Source: Eledone cirrhosa | Taxonomy: Eukaryota | DNA length: 64,000 bases | Direction of reading: 5' to 3' | NCBI GenBank assembly: GCA_964016885.1 | Contig: OZ024740.1 | Span: forward strand, 294,004,001-294,068,000 | Shown here: positions 49,562 through 64,000 of the stretch, in pieces | Layout of the letters: each line of letters opens with the position of its first letter | Numbering within the stretch: position 1 is the first letter of the stretch | Program-made: the position numbers and the translations under genes | The notes under the pieces: generated by a model | What the model was told of the DNA's origin: nothing | The model's database searches: none | The model's input: the letters and a program-made list of their open reading frames with translations, nothing else

Positions 49562-51290
49562 TTGTTATATATATATTATTAAATTTATCGGTACAATGAA
49601 ATGTTTTAAGATATATAATCTAGTCAAGCCTAAATGAGAAGAGTCATTATAAATAACCATTTCAGACAGGCACACTGGTGACACTCAAACTATGTAATGT
49701 TGATTGTCAAGTGATCATGTTATCTATTACACAATAGAGCAGCTGTCCTTCTCAAATTAGACAATAAATTGTTTCTGCTATTTCAGCTGCACTATGACTA
49801 GTATAACATCTGGATCTTCTCATTCTCTGGGGTTAAGCCCCTCATCTGAGATGCAACATGCAGTGACACTTTCACAAGTTAAAGATTGCAAACTGCTGAA
49901 GTATCAACCACACTCCGTTAATTTTGTCATTGAATCTGTAGCAGTAGAGACTTTCAACATTCTTAATCCCTGGACAAACTCCTTACTTACTACTATCAGG
50001 GTGGAATTGGCTATCCACAGGAGTAAGCCCTATGAGTCGGAATGGGTATTTCAATGCATCTCCCTTGCTATTCTTTGAGGCAACACTTTCTCAATTCTGT
50101 TCAATGTGACCTCAAGGCAGTTTGTACATGGGATTCTACAAGCCAGGGAGGGTTTTCCCTCACTATCCAGGCCTGTATCATTGGGGTAGTGATGTTTGAG
50201 TATTCTTTCTCAAGTTTTTATTGGTATTTAGGCCACTTCATAATACACTATTATTACTGTATGGTTCGCCTTCCACCAATGGTAAGACTATCTTTATGTT
50301 TTAGTTCTCTAATGACTGCATCAGTTCATTACCCGATCATTATACAATATATTCATTGATATATAAATATATTGTAAGTTTACCGCTTAATCTCTTCCAC
50401 TCACTTTCTGAAAACAACAACAAAAAGTCATATTTAAAATCATCTGGTTTTGAGCTAATATAACTCACCATTGTCTTGGCAATAGCAGGATAGACTATTC
50501 TACAAATGTCCACCATAATAAGGGATTTTGCCTCAGTACAATGTGAAATAACCTTATAATGTCTGATAGGGTCTATAATGGTTAATATTGTTTCCATTAA
50601 AATCTTGGCAGGTAATCTATTACAATAGAGAATTACATTTAGTTTTAACTGTAATAATTTAATTTAAAAAAATGTATTAGTAAAAAATCCAGCATGTTAA
50701 TTCAAATTTTTATAGTATCTTTATTAGTGGATAGAGTGTTGTGAAAATTTTGGTATCAGAATAAAGAAATTAATTTTTTAATGTGGTGCAATCCTAATGC
50801 TGCTTTGTACTATTTGAAAATGTCTTGCTAATGGTGTTTCATGTCCTTTGTTAATTCAACTGTTTATAGCATCTTTACTAATGGACATACTGTTGTGAAC
50901 ATTTCTAGTATTAGTGTGAAGACTAAATTTTTTATGTGATGCAGTTATATATTTGTACTTTACAAGAATTTCTTGTTAATGTGGTTTCATGAGGAACAGA
51001 GCATTAAGAGTTGAAGTCCAAAAATAGATAAAATAAACTCGAAGTAATGGTCAAAGGTAACTTCCATAAATTACATCTTATTTCCTTTATCATCATTTAT
51101 GACCAACACATTCATTATGTCTAAATATTAATTCTTAACGTCCTGTACCACATGAAACCGCATTAGCAAGACATCCTCAAAAAGTATAAAAGAGCACTTA
51201 TTAACTATCATATTCAAAATTAAAACCTTTATTTATTGCAAATTTTCATGTCTTGTCCAATTGTAAATGTTGTATATACATTTGAATTAA

Positions 51291-51511
51291 CCCTTTAACA
51301 TTTACATTACTCTATATTTGCTATTGTATTTTCATGATAAATACTTTACCTCACATAATTATCTCACATAATATCGAATCTATGAGATTTTGATATCATT
51401 TATTTTGAAAACAATACCTTAACATAAGCACGAGCAACTGGTTATGGCCGGTTTGAACAGAAAGAGATCAAAAAATTCTAGCCAGATAAGGCCAGTTTAA
51501 ATGCTAAAGGA
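51291..51511. mobile_element. TTAA MITE family A
   Basis: TTAA|CCCTTTAACATTT ... AAATGCTAAAGGA|TTAA. Confidence 0.85.
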
Positions 51512-52114
51512 TTAAGAAACCTGTTTTTATATATTTTTGGCTAAATCATAAGATGTTAAGCGTTAAAGATAGTACTACTAGAACTGTGTGTACTGAAAAA
51601 GTTATTCATATCCTTGTTTGTATTTGTAATTCTTTTATTTTTATAGTTTCAATTTATTGAACTTACAAGTCTTTATAAATCCGAACATTAATTTGAAACA
51701 CATAAAAAGTTGAATTAATCTAAGTATTAGCTGACGGATATCTGAATCGCTAGCAATAATCTAAACAAAAGCTGACAAATTGCAAAATTGAATAATCCAT
51801 GCAACCAAGTAGCCATATCATTGAAAATGCTTAAGCAGTTTACAATCAGTAGCTAGAAAGTTCTAGAAGGAAAAGAAAATATCAATACTTAGAATCAATT
51901 ATCAATACAGACTGTCAACTATAAGATTAGGTTACAACCACACCTTGACTGAAATTTGTGTCATTGTGATATATCTAAGTTTAAACATGAGGTTATGAAA
52001 GCATAATCTCATTCACTGTATCATAACACCGACAATCATCATCATCGTTATTATTTAACAGCCACTTTCCCTGCTAGCATGATATATCAAAATATATATA
52101 TATATATATATATA

Positions 52115-52860
52115 AGCAGGCACAGACCTGGCTGTGTGGTTAAGCAAGTTAGTTTCTCAACTATGTCATTCTGGGATCAGTCCTGCTGCATGGCACTTTC
52201 AGCAAGTGTCTTCTGCTATAGTTTTGGGTGACCAATGCTTTGTGAGTGGAATTTGGTAGATGGAAACTGTAGCAGCCCATAGTATATATCATCACCATTT
52301 TACGTCCATTCTTCTACGCTAGCATGGGTTAGATGGGTTGTCCTGTTGTGAGCAGTGTCCAGTCGGCTGACCTTGTCTTGCTCATACAGGAACTGATTCT
52401 GGCTTGATTTCTACAGGTGGATGCCCTTCCTAACACCAACCTCATTTACAGTGAGTGCTGGGTGTGGGCGCATATTGTCTATATGTTTCAACTTTGGCTT
52501 GTTCCTGTGGTGGGTCTGGTCATCTGTATTACTGCGTGACGCCAGAGGTCACAGTCATGTGTCATTGCTCTTGGGAGGTGCAATTGGGTAAGGTCGGCCT
52601 TTATCACCTCATCCCAGATATATATATATATATATATACACACACATATATATATATATGAGTGTATGTGTTTATATATATGTAAATGTGTGTGTGTGCA
52701 TCTACCCATATGTGTGTTAGCAGTTCAACAAAAAAAAAGAGATCAATAAAGTATTAGACTTGAAAAATATGTACTGGGCTTGATATGATCAATTAAATCA
52801 AGGTGGTGCCCCAGTATGACCGAAATCTGATGACTAAAACCAGTAAAAGAATAAAGGCAT
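52115..52860 (+). mobile_element. tRNA-derived SINE interrupted by an antisense RTE 3' end (about 52288-52617)
   Basis: Head TGGCTGTGTGGTTAAG..GCAAGTGTCTTCTGCTATAG..GGTAGATGGAAACTG; tail CAAGGTGGTGCCCCAG..CCAGTAAAAG. Confidence 0.65.
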
Positions 52861-53296
52861 ATGCAATATTGTACCTTCCTTATTTAGGACATTTTGGGAG
52901 TACACTTTTGTCACTATGAGTAACAGCAGATAAAATAATTATACATTTACTGCAAATACCCAAATATAATCTGATCCCAAATATAAGCTGACCAAACCTA
53001 TTTTATGTCTGAGAAATAGACAAAAATCTAAACCCTGTTTATAAGCTGAGGCAGGTAATCAACACGTCATGTTTAGATTGAGCGGTTTTGAAATTCTCAT
53101 GAGTGGAGAATATATTCACAAAGTTTTAATATTTTGATATTTAGAATATCTTATGTGTTGTTTAGAGTATAGTTTTTGATTCACAAGTCGATTATGTTTT
53201 GTTTTGATTTTTTATCAATTCCAACTGTTTTAAATACCATATTAATTCAAAACATATATAAAAAAAAAAAACAATACGAAATACGATTTCACGTTG

Positions 53297-53410
53297 AAAG
53301 TGAAACCATTGTAATATTCATCTCCAAAGTGAAACCAGGGTAATATTCATCTCCAAAGTGAAACCAGGGTAATATTCACCTACTAAATGAAACCGGAGTA
53401 ATATTCGCTG
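53297..53410. repeat. 29-bp tandem repeat, about 4 copies
   Basis: AAAGTGAAACCAGGGTAATATTCATCTCC. Confidence 0.8.
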
Positions 53411-53532
53411 CCAAAAATAAAAATATTTTTAGCACCTTGTTTACGTAGAATTTTGAAGTTGGTGAAAATTGACAAAACATTGAGCTGACCCTATTTTACC
53501 ATCAATTCTTTTGTCACATTTTTTTCAGTATA

Positions 53533-54335
53533 CAGTTGTGCCCCGGTATTCGTGCAGGTTACGTTCCTAGAGTACCCGCGAAGAGTGAAAAACCACAAAT
53601 ATTGGACATGGTCCATAAATATGCCTATAAACGCCAAAATATAACATCTAAACTATAATAAAGTAAGGAGTGCGGGACTGCGTACGGTTTATTTCTTTTG
53701 ATCCAGTTAGTAAAATAAGTTGGATTACTTTGAATAAATAATGAATGAATATTACATAATTTATCTACTAAATTTCGTAGCTGTTGATTAAATATATTTT
53801 ATTCCTTATTTAAAGATTCACTTCTTCAAAATTTTCAAATGTCAACACTTCCAGTTAGCAATCACTTAAATAAACATTCATATATTTCCGTCACTAATTT
53901 TCTCCTAATGCAGTTTATATATAATATCGTCTTTTTTTAATGTATCATGGATTACGTTACTGGTTACATAAGAGAGTGTAACAGTCTTCGTTCAATTTCT
54001 GTGTATATTGTCAATTACGATTTTATTTGATGTATCATATCTACATGTATATATACTTGCATATAATATCAATATGCACACTACACATGCTAGCAGAAAA
54101 ACCACCCGAGGGAACGTCTTATGTGAAGGGGTGTCCAATAGACCGGCAAATACGGTATATTGTTATTAATAATTTAGCGTTAAAAAAATGTATTGCCAAG
54201 ATAAAAGCCATTAAAAAATTCACAGAAGATATTTACTATTCCGCGAATAAGTGGTGGTTTCCACGAACAATTATTAGTTAGATTCTAAGAAAAATTACAT
54301 GAATAACCGGGACCGTGAATGCGAGAGGTACAATG
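53533..54335. mobile_element. pogo/Tigger-like non-autonomous element
   Basis: TA|CAGTTGTGCCCCGGTATTCG ... GTGAATGCGAGAGGTACAATG|TA (degenerate TIRs). Confidence 0.6.
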
Positions 54336-57300
54336 TATATACAAGCATATATGGTAATTTTTTTTCTAATTTCATGATGCTTATATATAATAAAATGACT
54401 TAAAATACAAATGCTTAAAACAAATATTTAAATAATAAATATTATAATTCACTATGGCTGCATTTGGATAAAATGATTTATAGTATTACTCATGTCCAAT
54501 CACTAGAAATACAGTATTAAAGAAGATGGTGATTTGAAAGAAAAGAAACTGAGAAATGAAATATCTATTTTCCTCTATTTCTTTCCTCATCATAGAATAA
54601 TTACAGTTTATCTACCTGTCTATCTATTTCTCTCTCTCATATATATATATATATCATCACCGTTTAACATCCATTTTCCACGCTAGCATGAGTTAGATGA
54701 GTTTCCCCATTGTGAGACAAACCAGGTCAGGTGACCATGACTTGCTAATTCAGGACTGGTTTTGGCGTTGTTTCTATGGCTGGATACCCTTCCTGACACC
54801 AACCAAATTTGTATGTGGTGGGTGCTTTTTGTCATGATACCTTCACGACCACACTTTACAGTGTGGGCTGGGCGCTTTTTGTCAAGTTACCTAGACGACC
54901 ACTTTACATATGTGCATATATATACATATAGCTATGTGTGGGTAAATATATATATATGCCATGTGTATCCTGGTTTTTAGAATAGACATACCATATCTCT
55001 GCCTGTCATAAGAAGCAACTACAAAAGGATTGGGATGAGGAAGGGCATCCAGCTGTAAAACATCTCTAAAAACTATCCTTTCAAAACCCATGTCAGTATT
55101 TAAGATTGGCCATAAAAATGATGATGCATATTTCAGGAAAATCTTACTTAATACAAACACTATAAGCATTTGCTCTTTGTTCATAACTTTCTATATATAT
55201 GTGTGTACATTTTTTAATTTAGCGAAAATATTTTTAACATTCCAAGGATTATGAAAAAACCAATTATATGCTGGAAATTATATTTATTATCGGGTGTTTG
55301 GTTGTTTTTAGTTAAGAGTAATCTATCTATAAATATAATTTCCAGCATGTAATTTGTCCAGGATCCTTGGAATGTTAAAAATATTTTCACTGAATTATAT
55401 AAAGAGTGAATGTTGATTGTGTTTGTATGAAGAGAAAGAGAGAAAGAGAGAGATATCACTTAAAACAAGCTGACAGTTTCAAGTGATATCTCACAATAAC
55501 CAGGGTTATATCCATGATTGTGTCAAAAAATTTCAGCTTTACTTCTCATAGTCAGAAAATATTTCAGTAAAGAACTGATTGCTATTGTGCTATATCCATC
55601 CTCTGCATTTTCTGTCCAGCAAGTTACTACAATAATCTTTTTCTTCTTTGAATTTACTGGTAAGACTACCATCATCAACTAAGCCATTTCACTTGCCTTA
55701 ATTTCTAATATGACCCTAATAAAGATCAACCCCCAGCAACCACCATCACTAAACTTCTGCAGTAAATATTACACCAATCCCTTCTTCACAACTATATTCA
55801 TAAGGAATACTATCAACATGTTTCCACTCAATTATTAAAAGGTTTCATTGGTCATCAACCAGATTCAACTTATCCAACATCCAGTATAGGCTACACAAGT
55901 TGCCCACATAAGATCAATAGAACCAGACTGAAGCATGGTATACCCTGTGAGCTAAACATAGATCTCTGGCATTCAAACAATTATCTCCATGCCAAATATC
56001 TACCTTACAATAACCAGTTGTTACCTTGAACAAAAGACATTTAATTGAAGCTGACCAATCAGCATGAAGTCTCTAAGTTAAGTTAGTTCCATCAAATAAA
56101 GTTTCTATCAATATGTCCTCAAGATATAATCAAAGACCTTGGGATGACTAAGACAGATGACAATCAGAATATTTTCACAGAAAGTATGTATGTATGGTTC
56201 CGTAACTCCTGAGGGAGTTGTAGGGGCACTATATTGACATACAGCATTTCTAGGAACTTTATTTTTTTAACATGGCGAAGCCCATCTTCTGTCGAGGTCT
56301 GAATACAAAAGATTTCTTCAAGAAGATTGAGAGAATAGAAGTGAGAAAGAGATATAGAGGAAGAATCCACCCTACTACTTGACTGGTACTTTTTATATTA
56401 AGCTGAATGGATGAAAGGCAAAATTGATTTCAGCAGGATTTGAACTGAGAGAGCAGAGAACCAAAACGAATACCGCAAAGCATTCTATCTGACTTTCTAA
56501 TGATTCTGCCAATTCGTTGCTTTTTAACACAATATGGGAATAAAAATGTGGGGTTAATGATTATCTCAGAAATATAGAAATGTCATAACAATTTCCAATC
56601 CAATTAATTCTTTGATTATACAAGCCAGTTAGGGAGCCTCTATGCAGTCAAATAGCAGTCACATTTCCCTTAAATCACATAACTTAGAAAATGGAAAAGC
56701 ATACTGGTTAATATAGTCCTGGTCTGCTCAATAGTGGATAACCTAAGACTAAACAAAAACAAGATCAATTCTTTGATTATATATTTCACAATATATTCCC
56801 TACATACCTGATTTATACTAGGATATACTTTTAGCTGTCAAGATTGCCCTAATCATAAATAATCAAAATTAAAATGTTACCTTTACCACCAAAAATTAAC
56901 ATATATTGTAACAATATCACGTGGATTTCTAACACAGTCCAGCAAATTAGCAACTATTTCTAGTCAGCTATTATAAGAAACAGTATTTAAATAGATCCGG
57001 TTCTAGCATATGAATGAGATGTCTTGTTCAATATGTCAGTAAACTACTCATGAGCTTTCATTGTCCCTTTACTTGAAATAGCACACATCTTTCAGTACAT
57101 CCAGTAGTTAGTTATACTGCCTACCTTATTATTTTACACTAATAATCATGGAAAAACATAGCTATGTTCACCTTCAACCTTTTCAATTTGATACACTTTT
57201 TCAATTCTTAAGCCACTATAGTCCTCTCAGACTCAACAATGAGAACTATATTGATATATAAAATACATATTAAAGTGTTCAAAAACAGTTCATTGTGAAA

Positions 57301-57536
57301 TACGAGACTTACTAAATATGAACCTAGGTTCTAAGGGAGCTTTTATGTCATCATAAGGACAAAGATTTAACAGGGGTATAGTGGGTGAGAGGCCTGATAC
57401 AGCTACTTAATATCTCCACCACCCTATATATATATATAGAAACGCACAGAAGCATACACCCACCTCTATATACATATACACTTTCAATACATACATACAT
57501 ACACACAAACACACATTATATATATATATATACACA

Positions 57537-57870
57537 CAGTGGAACGTCAGTTCACAAACATAATTCATTCCCAAAGCCGTTTGTCACCCAAAATGTTCAT
57601 AAACCAAAACTATTTTTCCCATATGTTAAGGGAGAAATACAGTAAGAGAGTCTGTGTGTGAAAGACAAATAGATATCATCATAGTAACTAACTACACAAA
57701 AAGTGATGCTTTCCCGCTGATACTCCAAGCTTGTTGCCAACCATTGTTGCTGGCTTGTGTGTTCGTTACTCAAGGCACTGTTTGTGAACCAAGACATTCT
57801 ATGTTTGGAAAAATTGTTTGTGAACCGATTTATTCATGATGAGAGGCATTCATAAACGGAGGTTCTACTG
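57537..57870. mobile_element. Tigger-like MITE
   Basis: CAGTGGAACGTCAGTT ... AACGGAGGTTCTACTG. Confidence 0.6.
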
Positions 57871-57914
57871 TGTATATATATACATTCTGATACCAATACA
57901 GCTTTTTTATAAGA

Positions 57915-58400
57915 AACGGGTGGTTTTCTGCTAGCATGTGTAGTGTGTATATTGATATTATACACAAATATATATACATGTAGATATGATACACCAAATA
58001 AAACTGTAATTGACAATATACACAGAAATTGAACGAAGTCTATGTTACACTGTCTTATGTAATCAGTAATGTAATCCATTATACATTTAAAAAAAGACGA
58101 TATATATAAACTGCATTAGGAGAAAATTAGCGACGGAAATATATGCGATATTTTTATAAGTGTTATAATATAACGGCCACTAACCGGAAGTGTTGACATT
58201 TGAAAATTTTAAAGAAGTGAATTTTAAAGGTCTTTAAATAAGCTATAAAATATATTTAATCAACAGCCACAAAATTTAGCACATAAATTATGTAATATTC
58301 ATTCATTATTTATTCAAAGTAATCCAACTTATTTTACAAACGGGGTAAAAAAATATATTCTGAACCCAATCCCACACTCCTTTCTTTATTATAGTTAAGA
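57915..58400. mobile_element. Inverted partial copy of the 53533 element interior
   Basis: Reverse complement of about 53650-54110. Confidence 0.75.
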
Positions 58401-58859
58401 TATACTGCTGACTTTCATATCACTAAGCTGTGAAACATTTATACAGGACATAAACAAACATCATTACATGCATTGATTATAAACATCCTATATACGAAAC
58501 AGTTTTTAATATTTTAATAACTTTTCTAGTTTGAGGGAAGTGATTTTCTATAGATTGTTTTGTTTTGTTTTTCCCTTTTTCCTCACCTTCTGAAGAGGTT
58601 ATAGGATTCTCATGTAAATCATTTTTTAAATGTTATTTTCCAGCATGTGTTGATGGTTTAAAATTTGTGAAATTTCTAGTTTAAAAATTTTGTTGAAGAT
58701 CTGTCCATGGTGAAATAAAGTTATGTTATAAGCAAAGAATTATACTATTAATAAAGATATTTCAAACAATTGTTTTATGTTGAGCACCTCCATAGAGTCT
58801 ATGGATTTTATCCGTGAAATCTTTAGATATTGTTTAATATATCAGAAGTATAAAGTATT

Positions 58860-60500
58860 CCACCTTGCAAGATGGCATGTCAGAGCAAACCAAGATGTTG
58901 TTGGGGAAAAGTGTCCAAAATGATAGTGAAGCACTTGACCTTACTGATGCCAAAAAGAAAAGGGCATGGAAGTCATATTATAAGAGAATGATGCAGAAAG
59001 AGATTAAATAGATCTACACTGAGTCTACCCATCTGAGGGAACAATAATAAAAGTTGACAACAGTATGATAAACAAAGAGACTAAGGATCTAAAAGTAGGA
59101 AAGGCAGTTGAATCATCTAGTATAGTTACAGAGATGTTAAAAACATCCAGCATGGTAGGTTACAAGCTATTCAGGCACATAATGAGTAGTACAAGACAGT
59201 ATCCTACCCAATGACTAGTGCAGCAGTATCATTGTGAACTACTACGAGGGCAAAGGAGATGCATTGGAGAGGTAACTACAAAGGTATCAAGTTGATAGAT
59301 CAGGAAAGTGAAGGAAAAGGGCTACAGCACAACTTATTAGGGACATAATTAAGCTTTATGAGATACAATTCGGCTTTATGCTAGGTAGAAGTACTACTGA
59401 TGCCCCCCTTACTTGTGAGACAACTGCAGAAGTACTTAACTAAGAGTAAGCCTCTATAGCTAGATCTGAACTAAGAGTAAGCCTCTATAGCTAGATCTGA
59501 AGAAGTCCGTTGATAGGTTTCCTCTATCCATAATTTGGTACGCACTTAGGAAGCTAGATGTAAACAATGGCTTGTGAGGGCATGTAAGCCATGTATAGCG
59601 GTGCAATCAGCAAGGTGAGAGTTGGCAATGAGTACACTGATGAATTTGGAATGCAGATGAATATCCACCTGGATTCAGTCCTCAGTTCACTTTTGTTTAT
59701 CATTGTTCTTTAGGCCATAACAGATGAATTTAAGACTGGCTGTTCACAGCAGCTCCTATTTTCTGATGATCTTGTTCACATAACTGAATTCATGGATGAG
59801 TTGGATGCAAAACTCCAGACATGGTAGAAAATTTGAAAACTAAAAATCTTAAAAGAAATCCTAGTAAAGACTAAAATCTTAATAAGTAGGAAGGAAGACA
59901 GAACCCTGATACTGTCAGGGAAATGGTCTTTCTCAATATGCCAAAAGAAATGGGCAGAAATTCCATAAGGAGCACTTAATGCAATATATGGACACACAAG
60001 AGATACAGTGGGAATACAAGTATTTAACAGAGAAGATATACTTTGTAAGCAGAAGATGTAAAGGAGTAAGAAACACTAAGAGAAAACATTATATAGATTC
60101 CCTCAATTGACAGCCTTTGTTACCTAAGTGACATAATCAGTAGTGGGAATGATGCTCTGGAAGTATAGTAACCAAAGTAAGAACAGGCTGGAAGAAGTTT
60201 AGGGAGCTAATACTTCTGCTGACAACATAGGGCTTCACTGTGTGTGTGTACTGTGATGCTATATGTTAGTAAGACATTGTCTTTGACTGCAGAAGGTCTA
60301 CAAAGGCTAGAAAGAAATGAAGCATGTATGCTTTAGTGAATGTGTAATGCCAGTGTGCATGACTAACACAGCATAAGTGACTTTAGAGAAAAACTAGGCC
60401 TGAGAGGAATTGAATGTAGTATGAAAGAGATAGAACTGCATTGGTATGGCATATGATGCATATAGAAGATGACAGCTGTATAAAGTGCACACTCACATAC
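58860..60500 (+). pseudogene. Heavily decayed RTE LINE (RT region to 3' ORF end)
   Basis: Remnants of QDVVGEKC, NYYEGKGDAL, QFGFM.GRSTTDA, GSVLS, FSDDL, RTGWKKFREL, WYGI; many stops. Confidence 0.85.
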
Positions 60501-61499
60501 ACAGGGATCATAGATGCACTTGTCAGAGAGTGAGCATACAACACACACCATTATAAACAAAAATACACACATACTTCAATATCATACACACCCACATCAA
60601 CACTATATATATATATATATATATATATACGGGATAACAAATTATTGTTATAGGTAGTCCACTTAGATGTAGTCCAGTTATGGTACTCCGGGTAGTGGAT
60701 GATATCAACACTTGGCTAAGTTTGACTCAACTAGGCGTTTCCATAGTGATGTTGCGAGTACACTGTAATTCCTATGTTGTAAACACTTGGAGTAATAATA
60801 AATCAGGAAAGAAGAGTGACACGGTTTGCTATACAAAAAAGGTTTTTAATCTCATTGTTTCTCTGAACTGGTAAGTCTAGAAATCGCTATCCGCTTATTT
60901 TCACATCACTCAATAGCCAATACAAAGTTATAACCAGTCAGTTCATCGGAGCTTGTGAGAATGAAAATAATATACAGGCATGGCTACTATATGTAGTAGT
61001 AATGGCATTCAGTCAGAACAATAACAACAATATCAACAATGCTAGCAATAAATTATTTGAAATAATCACAACATCAATCTAGGTGGGAAGTATAGTATAT
61101 CTACGATTTTAGCTGTAAAACTAGCTGACATGAGGTAGATGTATAAAATTGACATGTAAAAGCTGTCGTAGGGTGTATTATATCTAGTGTAAAGATAAGC
61201 CGGTGTCTTTAAACAATGTAGGTCAGGTGGCCGTAAGAGTCGGTTATTATCTGACAGATGAAGGATTTATCACTGTAGTGAGATTTGTGTGGTCTATATT
61301 AGATGAGAGGGTTGTCTAGCTTTCTCATCATCAATAACATACATGTATAAGACAACATTAACAAAGTAGCAAAATAATGAGCAAGTTAATACAGAGGTTA
61401 AGGAGGCATATATATATATATATACACACATGCGCACAAACATATATATATATATATATACACATATATACATACATATAAAGAGAAAACATGCTGACT

Positions 61500-64000
61500 A
61501 TAATTATTGCACCAGAGCACCGGCCACATGTAAAATCTATGTTCTTAGTTAGCTTACCTGTGATCCCACTACATCTTTTATGCACCCATACTTTGCATTT
61601 GGGACATAAAATGGAGTTTCTACCTACGCCTTTCCTACACACTGAGCATGGCCATTTCCCGGAAGGGACCGGCGCCTTATTTTCTTTCCTACAAACTAGA
61701 ACTTTAGTCTTAGCCAGGTTAATTTTAAGGCCTTTCGATTCTAGGCCGTGCTTCCATGTTCGGAATTTCTTCTCTAGCTCGGCCATTGATTCAGCTATGA
61801 GCGTGAGATCATCTGCGTATAAGAGTTCCCATGGGCAGCCGCTCTTGAACTCCACTGTTATAGCCTGAAGGGCAATAATAAATAGTAGGGGGCTAAGAAC
61901 AGAACCCTGATGAACACCAACTTTTACGCTAAACTCTTCACTATATTCGTTGTTAATTCTAACCTTGCTGACTGTTTCTTTATACATGGCTTGTATAGCT
62001 CTCACAAGCCATTCGTCAACACCTAGTTTTCTAAGAGCCCACCAGATAATGGAACGGGGGACTCTGTCGAAGGCTTTCTCCAAGTCGACAAAAGCTAAGT
62101 ATAGGGGTTTACTTTTAGCTAGGTACTTCTCCTGTAGTTGTCGTACAATGAAAAGAGCGTCTGTGGTACTTTTGCCTGACACAAACCCGAACTGCATTTC
62201 ATCTAGATCAATTCTCTCTCTGATTAGTTGCGCTATTACTTTTTCCGTGACCTTCATGACCTGGTCGATTAATTTAATGCCTCTATAGTTACTCCTATCT
62301 AGGGCATCTCCTTTACCCTTATAACAGTTAATGATGATGCTGCTATGCCAGTCCTTCGGAACAACCCCATTCTGTACGACTTGGTTTACTATCCGGGTGA
62401 CCATGGTGTGTCCCACCGTTCCAGATGCCTTCAACATCTCAGCAACTATTTCCGAAGGCCCAGCCGCCTTACCTGTCTTCATATCTTTGATTGCCTTACT
62501 TATTATACTACCTTCAACTAACACTACTGGTCCCTCTATTGGGTCTATGTGGGGGAGACTGTCTTTCTCCCATTTATTCTCCTCATTTAGTAGCCTTTCG
62601 TAGTGACACTTCCAAGCTATCTTCTTATCAGCGTCAGTGATGGCAAGTACGCCATCATCATTTAGTACACACTTCTCCCCGACAATATCACGGTTTTCCT
62701 TGACACATTGCCTAGCAATCCTAAACACCTCACGTTTTTGGTCCTCGCGTTGTAGAACATGCTTGAACTTTCTTTCCTCTGCTTCCCTTCTTGCGAAGTA
62801 CACTTGTCTCCTAGCTTCCCTCCTGGCCACTTGATAGTCTTCTCTACTTCCCCCATCCCGCCATACTTTCCAAGCCTGCTTTTTGGCCTTAATTGACTCC
62901 TCCACCTTACTGTTCCACCACCATGTTACTCTCCTCCTACCTACAGGCCTGCTCAACCACAGACTTCGTCTGCCGCCGTCAGCAGGTTTGCTTTCAGGAA
63001 TTCCCACTGTTCCTCTATATTGTACGACTCTAATTGCTCTTCCTTACTGTCGAAATTTATTTCTGGCTGTGGGGTCCTTTAGCTTCCATATTTTTCTCCT
63101 GAGGATAGTCCTGTTCTGCTGTCTAGACGTCTCGTCCTGATTATTAGGTCGCTAATTATCAGTCTATGTTGGGAGGTGCATTCTTCATGGGGGAGGGATT
63201 TAGTGTTTACAACAGACACTCTGTCACGTCTTCTGGTAAGGATATAATCTACCTGGCTGGTATGTTCCCCTGATCTGTAGGTGATCAGGTGATTGTCACG
63301 TTTTTTGAAGTTAGTGTTACAGATAGTTAGGTTATTTGCGTCACAGAATTCCAGGATTCTGGAGCCTTCCTCATTTCTAGTACCAAACCCATAGCCTCCA
63401 TGGATTTCGTCGTAGCCGTCACAATGTTGTCCAACGTGACCATTTAGGTCGCCTGCAATAATTATATAGTCACTGTCGGTTATTTGGGAGGTAGTGAGCA
63501 TCAGTGTCTCATAGAATCTGTCTTTTATAGTGCCGGGCAGTCCGGATTGGGGTGCGTACGCAGATATTACTGTCACCATAGTTCTATTGAGGACAAGTCT
63601 TATTTTAATTATTCTGTCGTTCACTCTATTTACGTCTATTATCTTATCTGCCCACTTTTCTGCTACCATGCATGAATCCTACTCCACCCAACCCATTGTC
63701 ATTTCCCACCCAGAAAAGCTTATAGCATTGTTTTTTACCCACAATGAATCTAGCAGACCCACTCCTCCACCTGGTCTCTTGAATACAACAAACATCGACC
63801 TCCTTACGTTCAAGCATTTCTACAATCTCGTTAGAGCGACCCTTTAAGGTGCCTACATTCATGGTACCAACTCTGAAGTTTTGGATTGCGTTTGGAGGGT
63901 GGGAGCGGTGGGGCGCGGGGGGAGATGGGGTGATGTTAGCCATCCGCGGCCGAAACAAAGAGGAGTGCTCGCATTCTCGTCCACGAGGTGAATTTGTCTT
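61500..64000 (-). mobile_element. Long RTE LINE: APE endonuclease, RT and PHD-like finger; frameshifted and 3'-truncated
   Basis: VGTMNV, IQETRW, SAYAPQ, GDLNGHVG, SQVDYIL, SQHRL (APE); QFGF, DLEKAFD, HQGSVLSP, LYADD (RT); CSVC..CPKC..H..C..CGRC; breaks near 63670 and 63000-63110. Confidence 0.93.

Noticed and set aside
49680-50600. Several 85-105 aa ORFs in higher-complexity sequence
   Set aside because: No recognisable domain or convincing splice sites; probably an old TE that needs a homology search
55690-56050. Possible decayed Penelope RT fragment
   Set aside because: Only vague motif resemblance, not supportable by eye
61491-63847. Plus-strand ORFs opposite the RTE
   Set aside because: Antisense shadows of the LINE ORF

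Overview
AT-rich, repeat-dense animal genomic DNA. The SINE/RTE repertoire suggests a coleoid cephalopod (Octopus-like); this is an inference. One host gene is recognisable: a MARCH1/MARCH8-type RING-CH E3 ubiquitin ligase on the minus strand, with two well-supported coding exons (16162-15887 and 12856-12482). Its 5' exons are uncertain (candidates at 37495-37560 and 42572-42589), so most of 16.2-64 kb is probably intronic. The rest is a layered mosaic of RTE LINEs (one long copy with a PHD-like finger), CR1 and R4/Dong fragments, tRNA-derived SINEs, TTAA (piggyBac-type), hAT and Tigger-like MITEs, a full-length dead mariner, a dead hAT transposase, non-autonomous Helitrons, a solo LTR and many minisatellites. 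The most interesting signal is a set of minimal type-I hammerhead ribozyme motifs in short inverted-repeat elements of Penelope/retrozyme type: one apparently intact at 39064-39106, a back-to-back pair at 29468-29571, and CpG-decayed copies at 6664-6689 and 37351-37394. Other highlights are an R4/Dong element inserted into the (ATT)n tail of a CR1, a twin-priming-like inversion in an RTE, and a shared nested-insertion spot in a MITE family. All calls were made by eye; boundaries of decayed repeats are approximate.
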